Origin: a virus
Lineage: Duplodnaviria > Caudoviricetes
IMG/VR virus record: IMGVR_UViG_3300034013_000310
Coordinates: 1-63,483 of that record
Length of the DNA: 63,483 nt
Strand: one strand, 5' to 3'
A program made the translations under genes and the position numbers. The notes under the pieces were generated by a model that did no database searches, had not been told where the DNA came from, and saw only the letters and a program-made list of their open reading frames with translations. Positions 21,295 through 30,204 of this stretch are shown here, in pieces. Each line of letters begins with the position of its first letter. Positions within the stretch are counted from its first letter, which is position 1.

Positions 21295-23835
21295 TTAAAC
21301 TTTTATATATGTTCCATACCAATCAAAACCAGTATTTACTGAAGCACCTGTTGTATCTACAATATAAGCTCCAAAATTTAATCCAGTGGATCCACTAGGT
21401 ATATCGGTAGTTAATGTTGTTGAATAACTAAATGCTGTACCCATTCTATCTATTTGAATATATACTCCTGTTGATACTGTCTTTATGATTAAACAATACT
21501 TATCTAAAGAATCTGTATTAGCTGGAAAGTTACTTCCTAAATCTATTGTTGTAGCAGTACCAGAATTGTCATTATGTATTACATGTAAATTATTAGAAGT
21601 AGATAATCTACATATTCCAACAACATTTAATAGTGTATTAGGCTCAACATTAGAAAAAGGCCCAGTGTTAGTAGCATGTCCAATAAAAAACCTTATTGCA
21701 GTATCACCAGCGTTTTCTGCCATGTTAAAATAAGTAGTAGTATCAAAACCACCATTTCTACTTAAATAAACTTGGCTTTGTCTTATTTGTGCTAAGTTAC
21801 CAGTTGTTACACTGACAAGACCTACTCTTTGACTTCTTGTTATAGAATTAGTGTCACTCCAACTTCTAGAAGTTGCGCCAGAAAGAATATAAGCCACTCC
21901 TTCAACATTATTTATACCCGCTGCACCAAATGTAGGTATATTAACATGTTTTTGATTTACAATTGGTTTAGCATCAAAATAATCAAATGGATTTTTATTT
22001 TCCCACAGAGCATCTGTGTTGTCGTACATCAGCACATCATTGTTCTGTGGCGATGTAATCTTTACATTGTGTAGTTCATCAAGCTCCCAGCCATTCATTA
22101 TTTTTACATACAACTTACCATTTATCGCGTGAGCATATTCAACATACCCTATTACAACAATGTGTCCTGGAGCTGATGGTTTAATGTTTGTAAGACTGCC
22201 AGGTGTTGTCGGACTAAGATACAATACATCACCATCTGCCCAAGTTTCACCCTGCAAGCTTCCAGTAGTATTAATGTTTTCGAGCTGACCAACAGTCATG
22301 ATAAAACCTTCTTGGTTAGTTGCAATATTCTCACAAACAAGCCCTATTGTGTCTGCCGAATTGTTATCGTTATTTGCTTGAGCATACGCTACGGCTAACC
22401 TTTGGCCTTGAGCACCACTAACTCTAACTGCTTGATAATTTGTTCTTAGCAATGTTGCGTTAGGTGTCACCTTATTTACAACTCTAGCTACTAAGTCAAC
22501 TCCATTTTTTAGTATAACATTACCTCCCTTTAAAGTGGTTTCAGAACTACCTATAGTATTATTCCACCTTGTAGTTCCTACAGCAGCAGTTCCTGTTGGA
22601 GATACATCTAAAGTAAGCTGACCTGCCTTTAGTTCAAATTCACCCAAGTCAACATTTTGAGTGGCTCCGGTGTAAGGAACATATCCGGATAGCGATGGTA
22701 TAGTTGGATAAGCTATTTGTTTGATGTTACCTGAAGTATCCCTCATTAAAAGAAAGTCAGATGTTGTTCCGGTATCAGGAGCCTGAGTAAATTGCAGCTT
22801 ACCTGAAGATAAAACCCTTAAACCTTCTGTAGCAGAAGTTCCGACTTTTAAAGATATATATGCAGACGCACCTGTAGCAATAAGCTCAAGTCCTAATGCG
22901 TTATTTGTAGTTATGTCAGCAGCCTGACCAATTCCTGGAGCACCCAAACCAAACTCCATCCTGTTGTTTGAAGCTCTGTGTAGTCTTAAAAAAGTGTTTC
23001 CGCCTGTCATAAGAGAAACATAGGACGTGCCTATTGTGTATCTTCCATTAAGGCCATCATCACTAAAGTTACTACTGCCTAATGTAGTACCATTAGGTGT
23101 GAATTTAGGCAATCTATTTATAATACCTCCTCCAGTAATACCAGTGTCCGGAGCAGCAGATAAGATATATGTACTGCCATTCCAAGTATAAAATAAACCA
23201 GTGTTTAATGCGATGTATATAGTTCCAATAGTTCCAGTTGCCGGGAATGACGCTAAGCCAGGATACTCTTCTACTTCTTCTTGAGTTAAATATCCTGCCG
23301 GGTTTGAATCTAATGGATAGTAATTTTCCTCTAGGTAAGTTATCAAATCACTTTGATCTAACAAATCACCGGATATATTACCCCACTCTATGCCGGTCGC
23401 TTCAACAGTCCAACTCCTATTTTGAGACAAATCGTAAGTTACTCCATTTATCGTTAATGTTCTTGTAGAAGGCACATAATCTGATGGATTAGGTATGTCT
23501 ATCCAACATATACCTCCTACTCCTTTACTTAAAACTTGCAAAGGCGTACCGGTGCTGTTAAGCATGTCTATTATTTCACCCGGCTTTATGGATGAAGTGT
23601 AAATTGTACCGGTAAGGTTTATGTCTTGAGTGGCTGAATTACTTGTGTTTAAAACACCTTGTAATCCCGGGGCAGGAAAGTTTGATGAAAACAAATCCAA
23701 CAACTCTTGCAACGAGAAGTTTTTTGTCGCAAGAGGCGTGGATGTTGGCGTTGGTCGAGGAGCTTCTGTACCTATTAACCTATCGCTTAGTTGTAAAGGG
23801 GTATCCGCTAAAGAGTAAGTAGCTATTTTCGACAT
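21295..23835 (-). CDS. Tail fibre / receptor-binding protein (846 aa)
   Basis: Thr/Gly-rich mosaic modules (LTINGVTYDLS, WGNISG.L.DQ.DL, VPYTGAT.NVDLG, ELDELHNV.I). Confidence 0.75.
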   Translation of the reverse strand: MSKIATYSLADTPLQLSDRLIGTEAPRPTPTSTPLATKNFSLQELLDLFSSNFPAPGLQGVLNTSNSATQDINLTGTIYTSSIKPGEIIDMLNSTGTPLQVLSKGVGGICWIDIPNPSDYVPSTRTLTINGVTYDLSQNRSWTVEATGIEWGNISGDLLDQSDLITYLEENYYPLDSNPAGYLTQEEVEEYPGLASFPATGTIGTIYIALNTGLFYTWNGSTYILSAAPDTGITGGGIINRLPKFTPNGTTLGSSNFSDDGLNGRYTIGTSYVSLMTGGNTFLRLHRASNNRMEFGLGAPGIGQAADITTNNALGLELIATGASAYISLKVGTSATEGLRVLSSGKLQFTQAPDTGTTSDFLLMRDTSGNIKQIAYPTIPSLSGYVPYTGATQNVDLGEFELKAGQLTLDVSPTGTAAVGTTRWNNTIGSSETTLKGGNVILKNGVDLVARVVNKVTPNATLLRTNYQAVRVSGAQGQRLAVAYAQANNDNNSADTIGLVCENIATNQEGFIMTVGQLENINTTGSLQGETWADGDVLYLSPTTPGSLTNIKPSAPGHIVVIGYVEYAHAINGKLYVKIMNGWELDELHNVKITSPQNNDVLMYDNTDALWENKNPFDYFDAKPIVNQKHVNIPTFGAAGINNVEGVAYILSGATSRSWSDTNSITRSQRVGLVSVTTGNLAQIRQSQVYLSRNGGFDTTTYFNMAENAGDTAIRFFIGHATNTGPFSNVEPNTLLNVVGICRLSTSNNLHVIHNDNSGTATTIDLGSNFPANTDSLDKYCLIIKTVSTGVYIQIDRMGTAFSYSTTLTTDIPSGSTGLNFGAYIVDTTGASVNTGFDWYGTYIKV

Positions 23836-23852
23836 TTGGGAATTATTTTGTA

Positions 23853-24116
23853 TTAAACAACGATTCTAACTTCTCCGGTAGCAGTCTTGTATATTGAATT
23901 GACAGCCAAACCACCAGAAATAGCAGCAGAATTATTAGCGTAAGTAGGCAAAACACAGTTCTCCTTTGTAACGAAAGTACCTTCATCGGCCACGAAAGTG
24001 ATAAAGTCTGCAATCTCAAAGTTTTTTGTAGCAGAAGAACTATCGGCATCCGTGCCAAGTAATTTATCTGTCAAAGAAATATTCAAATCTTTTGGATATG
24101 TACTAATAAGTCCCAT
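23853..24116 (-). CDS. Small structural protein sharing the fibre's N-terminal module
   Basis: I.TY.....L.D.L.GT....ATKNF matches the N-terminus of the 846-aa protein. Confidence 0.6.
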   Translation of the reverse strand: MGLISTYPKDLNISLTDKLLGTDADSSSATKNFEIADFITFVADEGTFVTKENCVLPTYANNSAAISGGLAVNSIYKTATGEVRIVV

Positions 24117-24140
24117 TTTTTAATAATTAGTAAGTTACAC

Positions 24141-24398
24141 TTACTGAGCTTCTTTTTGTGTGACCTCTCCTGTCTGAATATTAATAACGGCGTCTTTACC
24201 GTATTTTTCAGCAAGAGCCTTTTCATGAATAGAAAACTCAGCTTTAATTTGTTCAACCACTCTGATTAAGTTCCACTTTTGAAGCTCTACATCAGCAATA
24301 GCCATTTTAGCTTTGTTGAACTCGTTGTTTAATTGGTTGATTTTTTCTAACTCTTCCTTAGTAAGAGTTTGGTTTGTGAATTTGTTTTTGTTTTTCAT
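24141..24398 (-). CDS. Coiled-coil hypothetical protein
   Basis: Has its own TAnnTTTG promoter box; EKYG...INI.TGE C-terminus. Confidence 0.6.
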   Translation of the reverse strand: MKNKNKFTNQTLTKEELEKINQLNNEFNKAKMAIADVELQKWNLIRVVEQIKAEFSIHEKALAEKYGKDAVINIQTGEVTQKEAQ

Positions 24399-24422
24399 TG
24401 GATTAAATTTTTACAAATATAG

Positions 24423-24809
24423 TTAATTTATGATTAAAACACACAAGGCCGAAACAGCCACAATAGATGTGATCTTATAAAAGTTCTTTTTATTTTTCTC
24501 TCTCCTAATAGCTTTCTCTTGTATCTCAATAGCCTTCTTGTACTTATCTGCTTCTGCTTGTTTTTCCTCAAAAGCCTTCAATAAGTTAAAATTAGCCTCT
24601 TTAAGCGACTTTATCCTTTGAATGGATATGCTATCGCTTTTTTTATAGTTCTTCAATTCTGCCTTAGCAAAATCACCTTGAACGAGTTGATTTATGATTT
24701 TAACAGACTGAACGCTATCTAAGACTACAACTTTCTTATTTTGTGCGCTCGTCAAAGTACTGTTGCATATCAGAAACAGTATACTTATCAATAAGTTTAA
24801 TTTTTTCAC
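24423..24809 (-). CDS. Putative spanin component (signal peptide + C-terminal TM)
   Basis: GTG start KKLNLLISILFLIC..., overlaps the upstream TM/coiled-coil gene, lies in the lysis cassette. Confidence 0.4.
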   Translation of the reverse strand: MKKLNLLISILFLICNSTLTSAQNKKVVVLDSVQSVKIINQLVQGDFAKAELKNYKKSDSISIQRIKSLKEANFNLLKAFEEKQAEADKYKKAIEIQEKAIRREKNKKNFYKITSIVAVSALCVLIIN

Positions 24810-25077
24810 GGTATTCAATTTTGATTTTTTCTCTTTCAGTAACAAGGCTGTCGTATTTTAATTGCAATTCATTATCCTTCTCCATAAGCTTGTCATATAT
24901 GCTTTTGTAGAACTTTGCCTTTATCTCATGGTCTTTTGCTTGAATTTTTAAATCATTAACAGAAGACTCTAAATGTTTTGTTCTATTAAACAAGAAGTAA
25001 ATTACCACAAGAAGCCCTATCAATATAGCGTATCTCCAGTACTTTTTAATGAATGCTTTTATTATAGCTTTATCCAT
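24736..25077 (-). CDS. Putative inner-membrane spanin
   Basis: N-terminal TM followed by a coiled coil, directly after the endolysin. Confidence 0.5.
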   Translation of the reverse strand: MDKAIIKAFIKKYWRYAILIGLLVVIYFLFNRTKHLESSVNDLKIQAKDHEIKAKFYKSIYDKLMEKDNELQLKYDSLVTEREKIKIEYREKIKLIDKYTVSDMQQYFDERTK

Positions 25078-25080
25078 AAC

Positions 25081-25581
25081 TTATATTTTTGGATACACAA
25101 TTCCGTTATCTGTAACGGTTATTTCTCTATCAACTCTTTGCTTTAAAACTTTCCAATCAAATCCAAATGTCATCTGAAAATGAGGAGCGTCTTTAAACCT
25201 TTTCCAATCACCACCCCATTCCCAGCCTCTCGATTTGAATAGGTTTGTAACTTCCATCCAATCAGCTTTTGAGTCCTTGTCAAAGTCTCTGATCATAGAC
25301 CAACTTGCTTCTTCAAATTTTCCATCTCCATTGTTGTCATATAGCAAAACGATGTCAAAAGCCAATCCATAATTATGAATAGACTGCCAACCCTTAGCGT
25401 TGGTCACTTTTGGTCTTTTATTAAAAAGAGCATCTTGTTCTTCCGGTGCTCTGTAAACATAGGCTAGTCTAAGTCTAGCTCCTTTTCCAAGTAAGTTATT
25501 GGCGTCGATGTAATCTTTCATCAGTTGTTCTCTGATTCTTGGATGCGCCTTTTTTATTCTTTCTATTGATAATTGATCCAT
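25081..25581 (-). CDS. Endolysin, peptidase M15 (L-Ala-D-Glu peptidase type)
   Basis: R...EQ..L, SIHNYGLAFD and WGGDW..FKDAPHFQ Zn-peptidase motifs. Confidence 0.9.
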   Translation of the reverse strand: MDQLSIERIKKAHPRIREQLMKDYIDANNLLGKGARLRLAYVYRAPEEQDALFNKRPKVTNAKGWQSIHNYGLAFDIVLLYDNNGDGKFEEASWSMIRDFDKDSKADWMEVTNLFKSRGWEWGGDWKRFKDAPHFQMTFGFDWKVLKQRVDREITVTDNGIVYPKI

Positions 25582-25583
25582 AA

Positions 25584-25955
25584 TTAACGAATAAATAGTT
25601 TTAGTAAAGCAGTTATTAATCCTCCGGACAATAAGACTATAGCTGTAGCTAGTTGCTTAAAGTACAAATCGTATTTTATAGACTTTACTTCTAACTCAAA
25701 AACCTTTTGCTTTAAGATTTTGTTTTCCTGAACGATTCCATTATTGCCATTCATATCGCTACCAATAACTGCTGTTTTGATAGCTTTTATATCATCTGAA
25801 AAACCTTCGATTTGTTCTTTCAATTCTCCGTAGTGGCGTTCTGTTTTTTCTTCTCCGTATTCAAGGGCTAGAACCCTATCTTCAATACTAGCCGGCTTAT
25901 TCTGTTGTGTTCTCATTCTTTTTCTGAATTCTGTATATAGCATAGGCTGTTCCAC
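25584..25955 (-). CDS. Coiled-coil protein with C-terminal TM (holin/antiholin candidate)
   Basis: Single C-terminal TM, adjacent to the endolysin; start uncertain. Confidence 0.45.
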   Translation of the reverse strand: MEQPMLYTEFRKRMRTQQNKPASIEDRVLALEYGEEKTERHYGELKEQIEGFSDDIKAIKTAVIGSDMNGNNGIVQENKILKQKVFELEVKSIKYDLYFKQLATAIVLLSGGLITALLKLFIR

Positions 25956-26115
25956 CCATAAATCCTAAAAAAACAAATTCAAGAACCTTAAAATCCTTGA
26001 ATATAGTTGGCAAAAAAGCATAAATAGCAGCCACCCAAAAAGAAGAGAAGGAAGCTAGTCTTTTATGACTAAACCTTCCATTTACCATCAAAGTGTCTTC
26101 TATTAACTTTTTCAT
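25897..26115 (-). CDS. Putative holin
   Basis: 72 aa with two TM segments and a basic C-tail, upstream of the endolysin. Confidence 0.55.
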   Translation of the reverse strand: MKKLIEDTLMVNGRFSHKRLASFSSFWVAAIYAFLPTIFKDFKVLEFVFLGFMGGTAYAIYRIQKKNENTTE

Positions 26116-26246
26116 CGTCCTTGTCCTCTATATGGTTTAACGTATTTTTTACTTGTCTTTGACGAACTCATTTTCGTTTTGGCCGCCTTTCCTTTTTTCT
26201 TCTCCGTAGCAATGTAAGTGCTGTCTTGTTGCTTTAGTTTTGCCAT
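26112..26246 (-). CDS. Small basic protein (44 aa, ends KPYRGQGR)
   Basis: Read directly from the sequence; fills the gap with overlapping start/stop codons. Confidence 0.6.
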   Translation of the reverse strand: MAKLKQQDSTYIATEKKKGKAAKTKMSSSKTSKKYVKPYRGQGR

Positions 26247-26770
26247 TACCAAAGAGCGTAATATTTTGCAGAAACAGAAGTTCCTGCTGCATTCACCTTA
26301 ATGATTTGAAAAGGAAGAATTCCTCCCAATACGTCAGACAGATCGACAGCATCATTTCCTGGAGTTACAACACTTAAAGATGCAGATGTTCCGATTGTCA
26401 GGTCAATATATAATCCACACCCTTGATTTTGAAGTCCTGTAATTGGAGATTGTTGGTATATCTCGTAAGAGTCTCCATTCACAACGCCTCCAGCGGAACT
26501 TAAAGACAAAGTATTTTCGTCTATTACCTCGGTGATGTAAACTCCGACGTTTGTATCATAAAAATACACAACATCTCCTACGTTTACCTTGTACTCTACA
26601 TTTCCTTGGTCGTTAGTTACGATAAACTCAGCAGATGAATCTACCAAAATTGTACCTGATGTATCATCTGTTACTGTTCCGGATGCTAACAGATTTGGCA
26701 ACGGAATGTTGCAGTCATCTGAAGGAATTACTTTCAAAACTCTTGTTGGGAATTGTTTTATGTTTGACAT
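26246..26770 (-). CDS. Probable virion structural protein
   Basis: Beta-rich 174 aa ending LPFQIIKV...YALW. Confidence 0.5.
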   Translation of the reverse strand: MSNIKQFPTRVLKVIPSDDCNIPLPNLLASGTVTDDTSGTILVDSSAEFIVTNDQGNVEYKVNVGDVVYFYDTNVGVYITEVIDENTLSLSSAGGVVNGDSYEIYQQSPITGLQNQGCGLYIDLTIGTSASLSVVTPGNDAVDLSDVLGGILPFQIIKVNAAGTSVSAKYYALW

Positions 26771-26775
26771 TTTTT

Positions 26776-26967
26776 TTAGTTATTTGTTGTTTTGTAAAAT
26801 ACTTTGTTCACTAATAGCTTGGGATCATTTAAAGCTTCTTGTCTTTTAGAACATCCACAATCTTCTACCCCAACTACTTTGGTTACTTTTTTAACCAATC
26901 TTTTTACTCCGGTGGCAGCAGTAACTTTAGCTACTGTATCGCCAAATCCTCTTGATCTTGATAACAT
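26776..26967 (-). CDS. Small phage protein (GDT...TGVK...CGC..RQE.LN)
   Basis: Motif of a common small phage family; in the operon. Confidence 0.6.
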   Translation of the reverse strand: MLSRSRGFGDTVAKVTAATGVKRLVKKVTKVVGVEDCGCSKRQEALNDPKLLVNKVFYKTTNN

Positions 26968-26973
26968 CTTTTG

Positions 26974-27309
26974 CTATATTTTAGAAACCCTTTTACCCAT
27001 ACCAACTCTTGACTTCTCAGCTTTCTTTGAAGCCAATTTAGATTTACTTATCTCTGATACGGTCTTAGGAGTTTTGGATGAAACTTTTACTTTTGGTCTG
27101 CAATATTCATTCTTGCCACCGGCGCCACACGGCTTACCAGTTCTTGTATCAGTCCACTTCTCTTTCTCCCATCTCTTCAAAGAAGTTCCTTCCTCAGACT
27201 TTCTTACTGATCCGGAACTCTTTCGGCATTTAGCAATAGCTTGAGAAGCTCTCGCTGATGGGAAAACTTTATATTGTGCTTTTACTTTTTTATAGCAAGA
27301 ATCTTTCAT
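26974..27309 (-). CDS. Small basic protein (SL.RW.KE.W...PCG..YCRP)
   Basis: Lys/Arg-rich; in the operon. Confidence 0.6.
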   Translation of the reverse strand: MKDSCYKKVKAQYKVFPSARASQAIAKCRKSSGSVRKSEEGTSLKRWEKEKWTDTRTGKPCGAGGKNEYCRPKVKVSSKTPKTVSEISKSKLASKKAEKSRVGMGKRVSKI

Positions 27310-27566
27310 TTCTTTCTAACAGTGTTTGTTTTTGGATTGTACTTAAAGTTCTCCGGGGATAAGCCTGATTTTTTAGAAGCTCTGTCTTTAGCTCTCTCTT
27401 CAGCAGTCATCATGTTTCTCATCATTCCGGTAGAGGTATACGACTTTCCATCTTTTGTGAGATGTCCTCTCTTTTTAAGTATCGCAATAGCTAATGACTT
27501 ACTTCCTACTTGAGCAGAAAGCCTATCAATAAGCTGTCCTTTTCCCATGAATTTTTGAGTTGCCAT
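27306..27566 (-). CDS. Small basic protein
   Basis: Tight packing with ATGA overlap. Confidence 0.55.
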   Translation of the reverse strand: MATQKFMGKGQLIDRLSAQVGSKSLAIAILKKRGHLTKDGKSYTSTGMMRNMMTAEERAKDRASKKSGLSPENFKYNPKTNTVRKK

Positions 27567-27568
27567 GA

Positions 27569-27859
27569 CTAATACTTTCCTCTTCTACTTTTTGGGCTAG
27601 AAGCAGTTGAACCTCCGGAGCCGGCCCAAAGATTCTTACAAGCCCAGTATCTCGCACTGAGCTTATCATTTGCTTCAGAACACTTGTGACGAGCCTTAAA
27701 ACTTTTTCTAGCAGCGTCCGAATAATTATGACCGTAACCCTTGGCGCCAAAGTGGATAAGTTTCTCTTGTCCATTAGCGCAAGCTTTTACCATCTTCTTC
27801 TTACCGGCTCTATCAGAAGGAACCGGACGATTGCATTTCATTTTAGACTTGTCTGCCAT
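27569..27859 (-). CDS. Small basic protein (IHFG...RKSFKARH.C...ARYW)
   Basis: Motif of a widespread viral small basic family. Confidence 0.65.
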   Translation of the reverse strand: MADKSKMKCNRPVPSDRAGKKKMVKACANGQEKLIHFGAKGYGHNYSDAARKSFKARHKCSEANDKLSARYWACKNLWAGSGGSTASSPKSRRGKY

Positions 27860-27863
27860 AACT

Positions 27864-27986
27864 TTAATTTCTAAAAGCTCTTGTTTTGTGTCCCGGATCT
27901 TGAGCCACCACAGTTTCCTCGGCAGCAGTCTCTTGAACTACAGTCTCTTCAACTATAGTTTCTTCGATTTCTTTTTTCTTTGCCAT
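27864..27986 (-). CDS. 40-aa acidic peptide (MAKKKEIEETIVEETVVQET...)
   Basis: Read directly from the sequence; fills the gap. Confidence 0.5.
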   Translation of the reverse strand: MAKKKEIEETIVEETVVQETAAEETVVAQDPGHKTRAFRN

Positions 27987-27987
27987 C

Positions 27988-28098
27988 TTAGTAAGGTTTT
28001 TTAGTTTTGATACCCTTAGCCGAAGCCATTACTTTTTTAGCGACTGGTTTTGACGCAGAACCTTTTTTCATTGTTCCGCAACTTGATTTTGCTTTCAT
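27988..28098 (-). CDS. 36-aa Lys-rich peptide
   Basis: Read directly; TAATG coupling with the upstream ORF. Confidence 0.5.
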   Translation of the reverse strand: MKAKSSCGTMKKGSASKPVAKKVMASAKGIKTKKPY

Positions 28099-28229
28099 TA
28101 CTTTTTCTTTTTTTGGTTTTTCATTGCCGCTTGAGCGTTCATAGCATAATGCTTTCTCGCGCCGGCCTTTAATTTCGGATTGCTTGCCTCTTTGATATCG
28201 AAGGCAGTCTTTTTGGTTACTTTTTTCAT
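28098..28229 (-). CDS. 43-aa Lys-rich peptide
   Basis: Read directly; fills the gap. Confidence 0.5.
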   Translation of the reverse strand: MKKVTKKTAFDIKEASNPKLKAGARKHYAMNAQAAMKNQKKKK

Positions 28230-28230
28230 T

Positions 28231-28431
28231 TTAAAAACTTTTTAATTTTGATAATCCTTTCAGCTTATTGTACCCAACAGAAGAAGATTTTGCTGATGCT
28301 TGTCTTTTCCCTGACAATATCTTTTGAGACTCTACTCTCTTTTTCGCTTTTTCTTTATACTTAGTCTTGATACCGGATAAAGTTTCCGGTAAACTAGTAG
28401 GAGCTAATGGTATATCCAATCTATTCATCAC
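28231..28431 (-). CDS. Small basic protein with RLDIPLAPT motif
   Basis: ORF track; degenerate copy of the shared motif. Confidence 0.6.
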   Translation of the reverse strand: MMNRLDIPLAPTSLPETLSGIKTKYKEKAKKRVESQKILSGKRQASAKSSSVGYNKLKGLSKLKSF

Positions 28432-28781
28432 GAATTATCTTTTAAGCATTCACCTTTGTTTGTCTGTCCGGTAGTGCAAGATCCTTTAGACTTTCCACGC
28501 TTATTTGCTTTGTCAGTCTCAAGACCAGGTAGTGCGGCATCCGGTTTTTTCTTATCCCTTTCTTGTTGAGCTCTCACTTGCTCTCTTGTCATGCCTTTTG
28601 CAGCGGCGTTCCTGTTTAGGATAGAATCTTTCTTTCTAGTTATCTCTTCTCTTTTGAGTCTTGCCGCTTCTCTCTGCTCAGGTGTAACCCTTCCAGGAAT
28701 TTGAGCCTTCTTAACGCTGTCTCTCGAAACTGCGTATTTTGGAGTAGGACTCGTTGCTAATGGAGTGTCAGGTCTTTTCAT
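28428..28781 (-). CDS. Small basic protein with RPDTPLATSP motif
   Basis: ORF track; shared motif at the N-terminus. Confidence 0.65.
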   Translation of the reverse strand: MKRPDTPLATSPTPKYAVSRDSVKKAQIPGRVTPEQREAARLKREEITRKKDSILNRNAAAKGMTREQVRAQQERDKKKPDAALPGLETDKANKRGKSKGSCTTGQTNKGECLKDNS

Positions 28782-28793
28782 GATAATCTCTTA

Positions 28794-29066
28794 TTAAAAA
28801 CCTCTTAAAGAGTCTTTTCCTTTTTTCAAAGCTTTTTCTGCATCTTTTTTAAGAGCAGCTTTTCTTGCTTCAAATTTAGATGTTGATAATTGAGAGTCTG
28901 GAGTTGCGGCCAGAGGAGTATCCGGTCTATTGTGCTTCAACTTGGACTTTCCTCCTGATAAGAACCTTTCTTCTCTGGTATTCATTCTTTGCTCAACTCT
29001 CTTTGCTCTCTCAGGATTTGTCTTAGAAATTCTGTCAAGTCTTTTTTGTTGTCTTTGATCTGGCAC
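28794..29066 (-). CDS. Small basic protein with RPDTPLAATP motif
   Basis: ORF track (GTG start); shared motif is internal. Confidence 0.65.
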   Translation of the reverse strand: MPDQRQQKRLDRISKTNPERAKRVEQRMNTREERFLSGGKSKLKHNRPDTPLAATPDSQLSTSKFEARKAALKKDAEKALKKGKDSLRGF

Positions 29067-29068
29067 AA

Positions 29069-29242
29069 CTATTTTGTTTTTTTAGTTTTTGGAGCTGGAG
29101 TTGGAGCTAACGGAGTGTCAGGTCTTTTCGTTGGTATCAAATATGAATTAGGCCCTTTGAAAACAGGTCTCATATTCTTCATTTCCATAGCATCTTTTAA
29201 GTTCTGCTCTTGCTTGGTTAATTTCTTCTTTGAATCCGGCAT
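29069..29242 (-). CDS. 57-aa basic protein with RPDTPLAPTP motif
   Basis: Read directly: MPDSKKKLTK...KRPDTPLAPTPAPKTKKTK; first gene after the promoter box at 29276. Confidence 0.65.
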   Translation of the reverse strand: MPDSKKKLTKQEQNLKDAMEMKNMRPVFKGPNSYLIPTKRPDTPLAPTPAPKTKKTK

Positions 29243-29264
29243 AACTATGTCATTTAAAAATTAA

Positions 29265-29283
29265 TAACTTTGTAGCAAATATA
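29265..29283. promoter_or_regulatory. Face-to-face pair of Bacteroidota -7 boxes (TAnnTTTG)
   Basis: taactttg (+, 29265-72) and caaatata (- strand tatatttg, 29276-83) between divergent genes. Confidence 0.65.
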
Positions 29284-29298
29284 ATTAAATTTTTTTAA

Positions 29299-29742
29299 AT
29301 GAAAGCGAACACCCCTGATTACCTAAAATACTGGAGAATCATACGCCAGTACATGAAAGTTAAACACGGAGTATCTCAAGCAGATTTAGATATGCTGCTA
29401 TTCCTCCACTCCGAAAAATACTTTAGCGGCGCGAAGTTCGCCGAGTTCGAAGCAGTGCTACCTTGGGACAAGTTTAGACTTGCAAGGCTCAAACAAAATG
29501 GATGGATAGAAATCTTCAAAGGAAGAAGAGAGAAGGGAAAAGTGGTTTATAAGCTATCCCACAAAGCTGTTTTGATGATTAGAGACATCTACAGAAAGCT
29601 CGGCGGAGAAGAAATCCCCACCGGCACTCTGCATAATAAGATGTTCAAGAAGAATGTGTCCTACACCGACAAGGTTTATAGGCACATGATTTTGAAGATG
29701 AATGAGGCTATAAGACAACAACGACGTCAGACTCCCGAATAA
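29299..29742 (+). CDS. Winged-helix (MarR-like) transcription regulator
   Basis: S.ADLDMLLFL and L..L...GWI...R....VYKLS.K patterns; sole plus-strand gene in the late arm. Confidence 0.55.
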   Translation: MKANTPDYLKYWRIIRQYMKVKHGVSQADLDMLLFLHSEKYFSGAKFAEFEAVLPWDKFRLARLKQNGWIEIFKGRREKGKVVYKLSHKAVLMIRDIYRKLGGEEIPTGTLHNKMFKKNVSYTDKVYRHMILKMNEAIRQQRRQTPE

Positions 29743-29965
29743 TGGTCATAGGCTGTTCGTTTATGATCATCGTAAACGAATGGCTTTTGTCATAGTAAAT
29801 TTCGTCATCGGCCTTTATCGCAGCAACCTCTGTTCCGGAAGCCACTACTACGCCTTTTTTATACCTGAAGTTGTTCGCGTCGTCAGCGGATAACAATAAC
29901 CCTGACTGCGTTTTTATCTCCTGCTCTACTGTCTTGATAACAATATATTTTCCGATGGGTGTCAT
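29708..29965 (-). CDS. groES: Co-chaperonin GroES
   Basis: M.PIG.YIVI, KT.SGLLL mobile loop, G.VVA.G, IIRESDVVVVL. Confidence 0.9.
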   Translation of the reverse strand: MTPIGKYIVIKTVEQEIKTQSGLLLSADDANNFRYKKGVVVASGTEVAAIKADDEIYYDKSHSFTMIINEQPMTIIRESDVVVVL

Positions 29966-30204
29966 AATGTTTGAATGAATATTGGAGCGCCGACACCGAC
30001 ATACATCGCGTCTAGCTCGTTATAAAAATGCTCAACTGCCTCCTCGTGACTGAAGCCACTTTGTTGTAGTATCTCGATGCACTTGTCGATGGAGTAGACA
30101 AGATTGCTCCTGCTACTCACACCGATAATTGCCTGGTCGAATCCGGCCACTTTGTTGTAGCCTTCATTTGGGAATTGGTCTAATATTTTATTAAGAATGC
30201 TCAT
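29962..30204 (-). CDS. Conserved small phage protein
   Basis: GFD.AIIG, VYS..KCI..L, EEA.E.F, YVG..PIF motifs. Confidence 0.6.
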   Translation of the reverse strand: MSILNKILDQFPNEGYNKVAGFDQAIIGVSSRSNLVYSIDKCIEILQQSGFSHEEAVEHFYNELDAMYVGVGAPIFIQTL

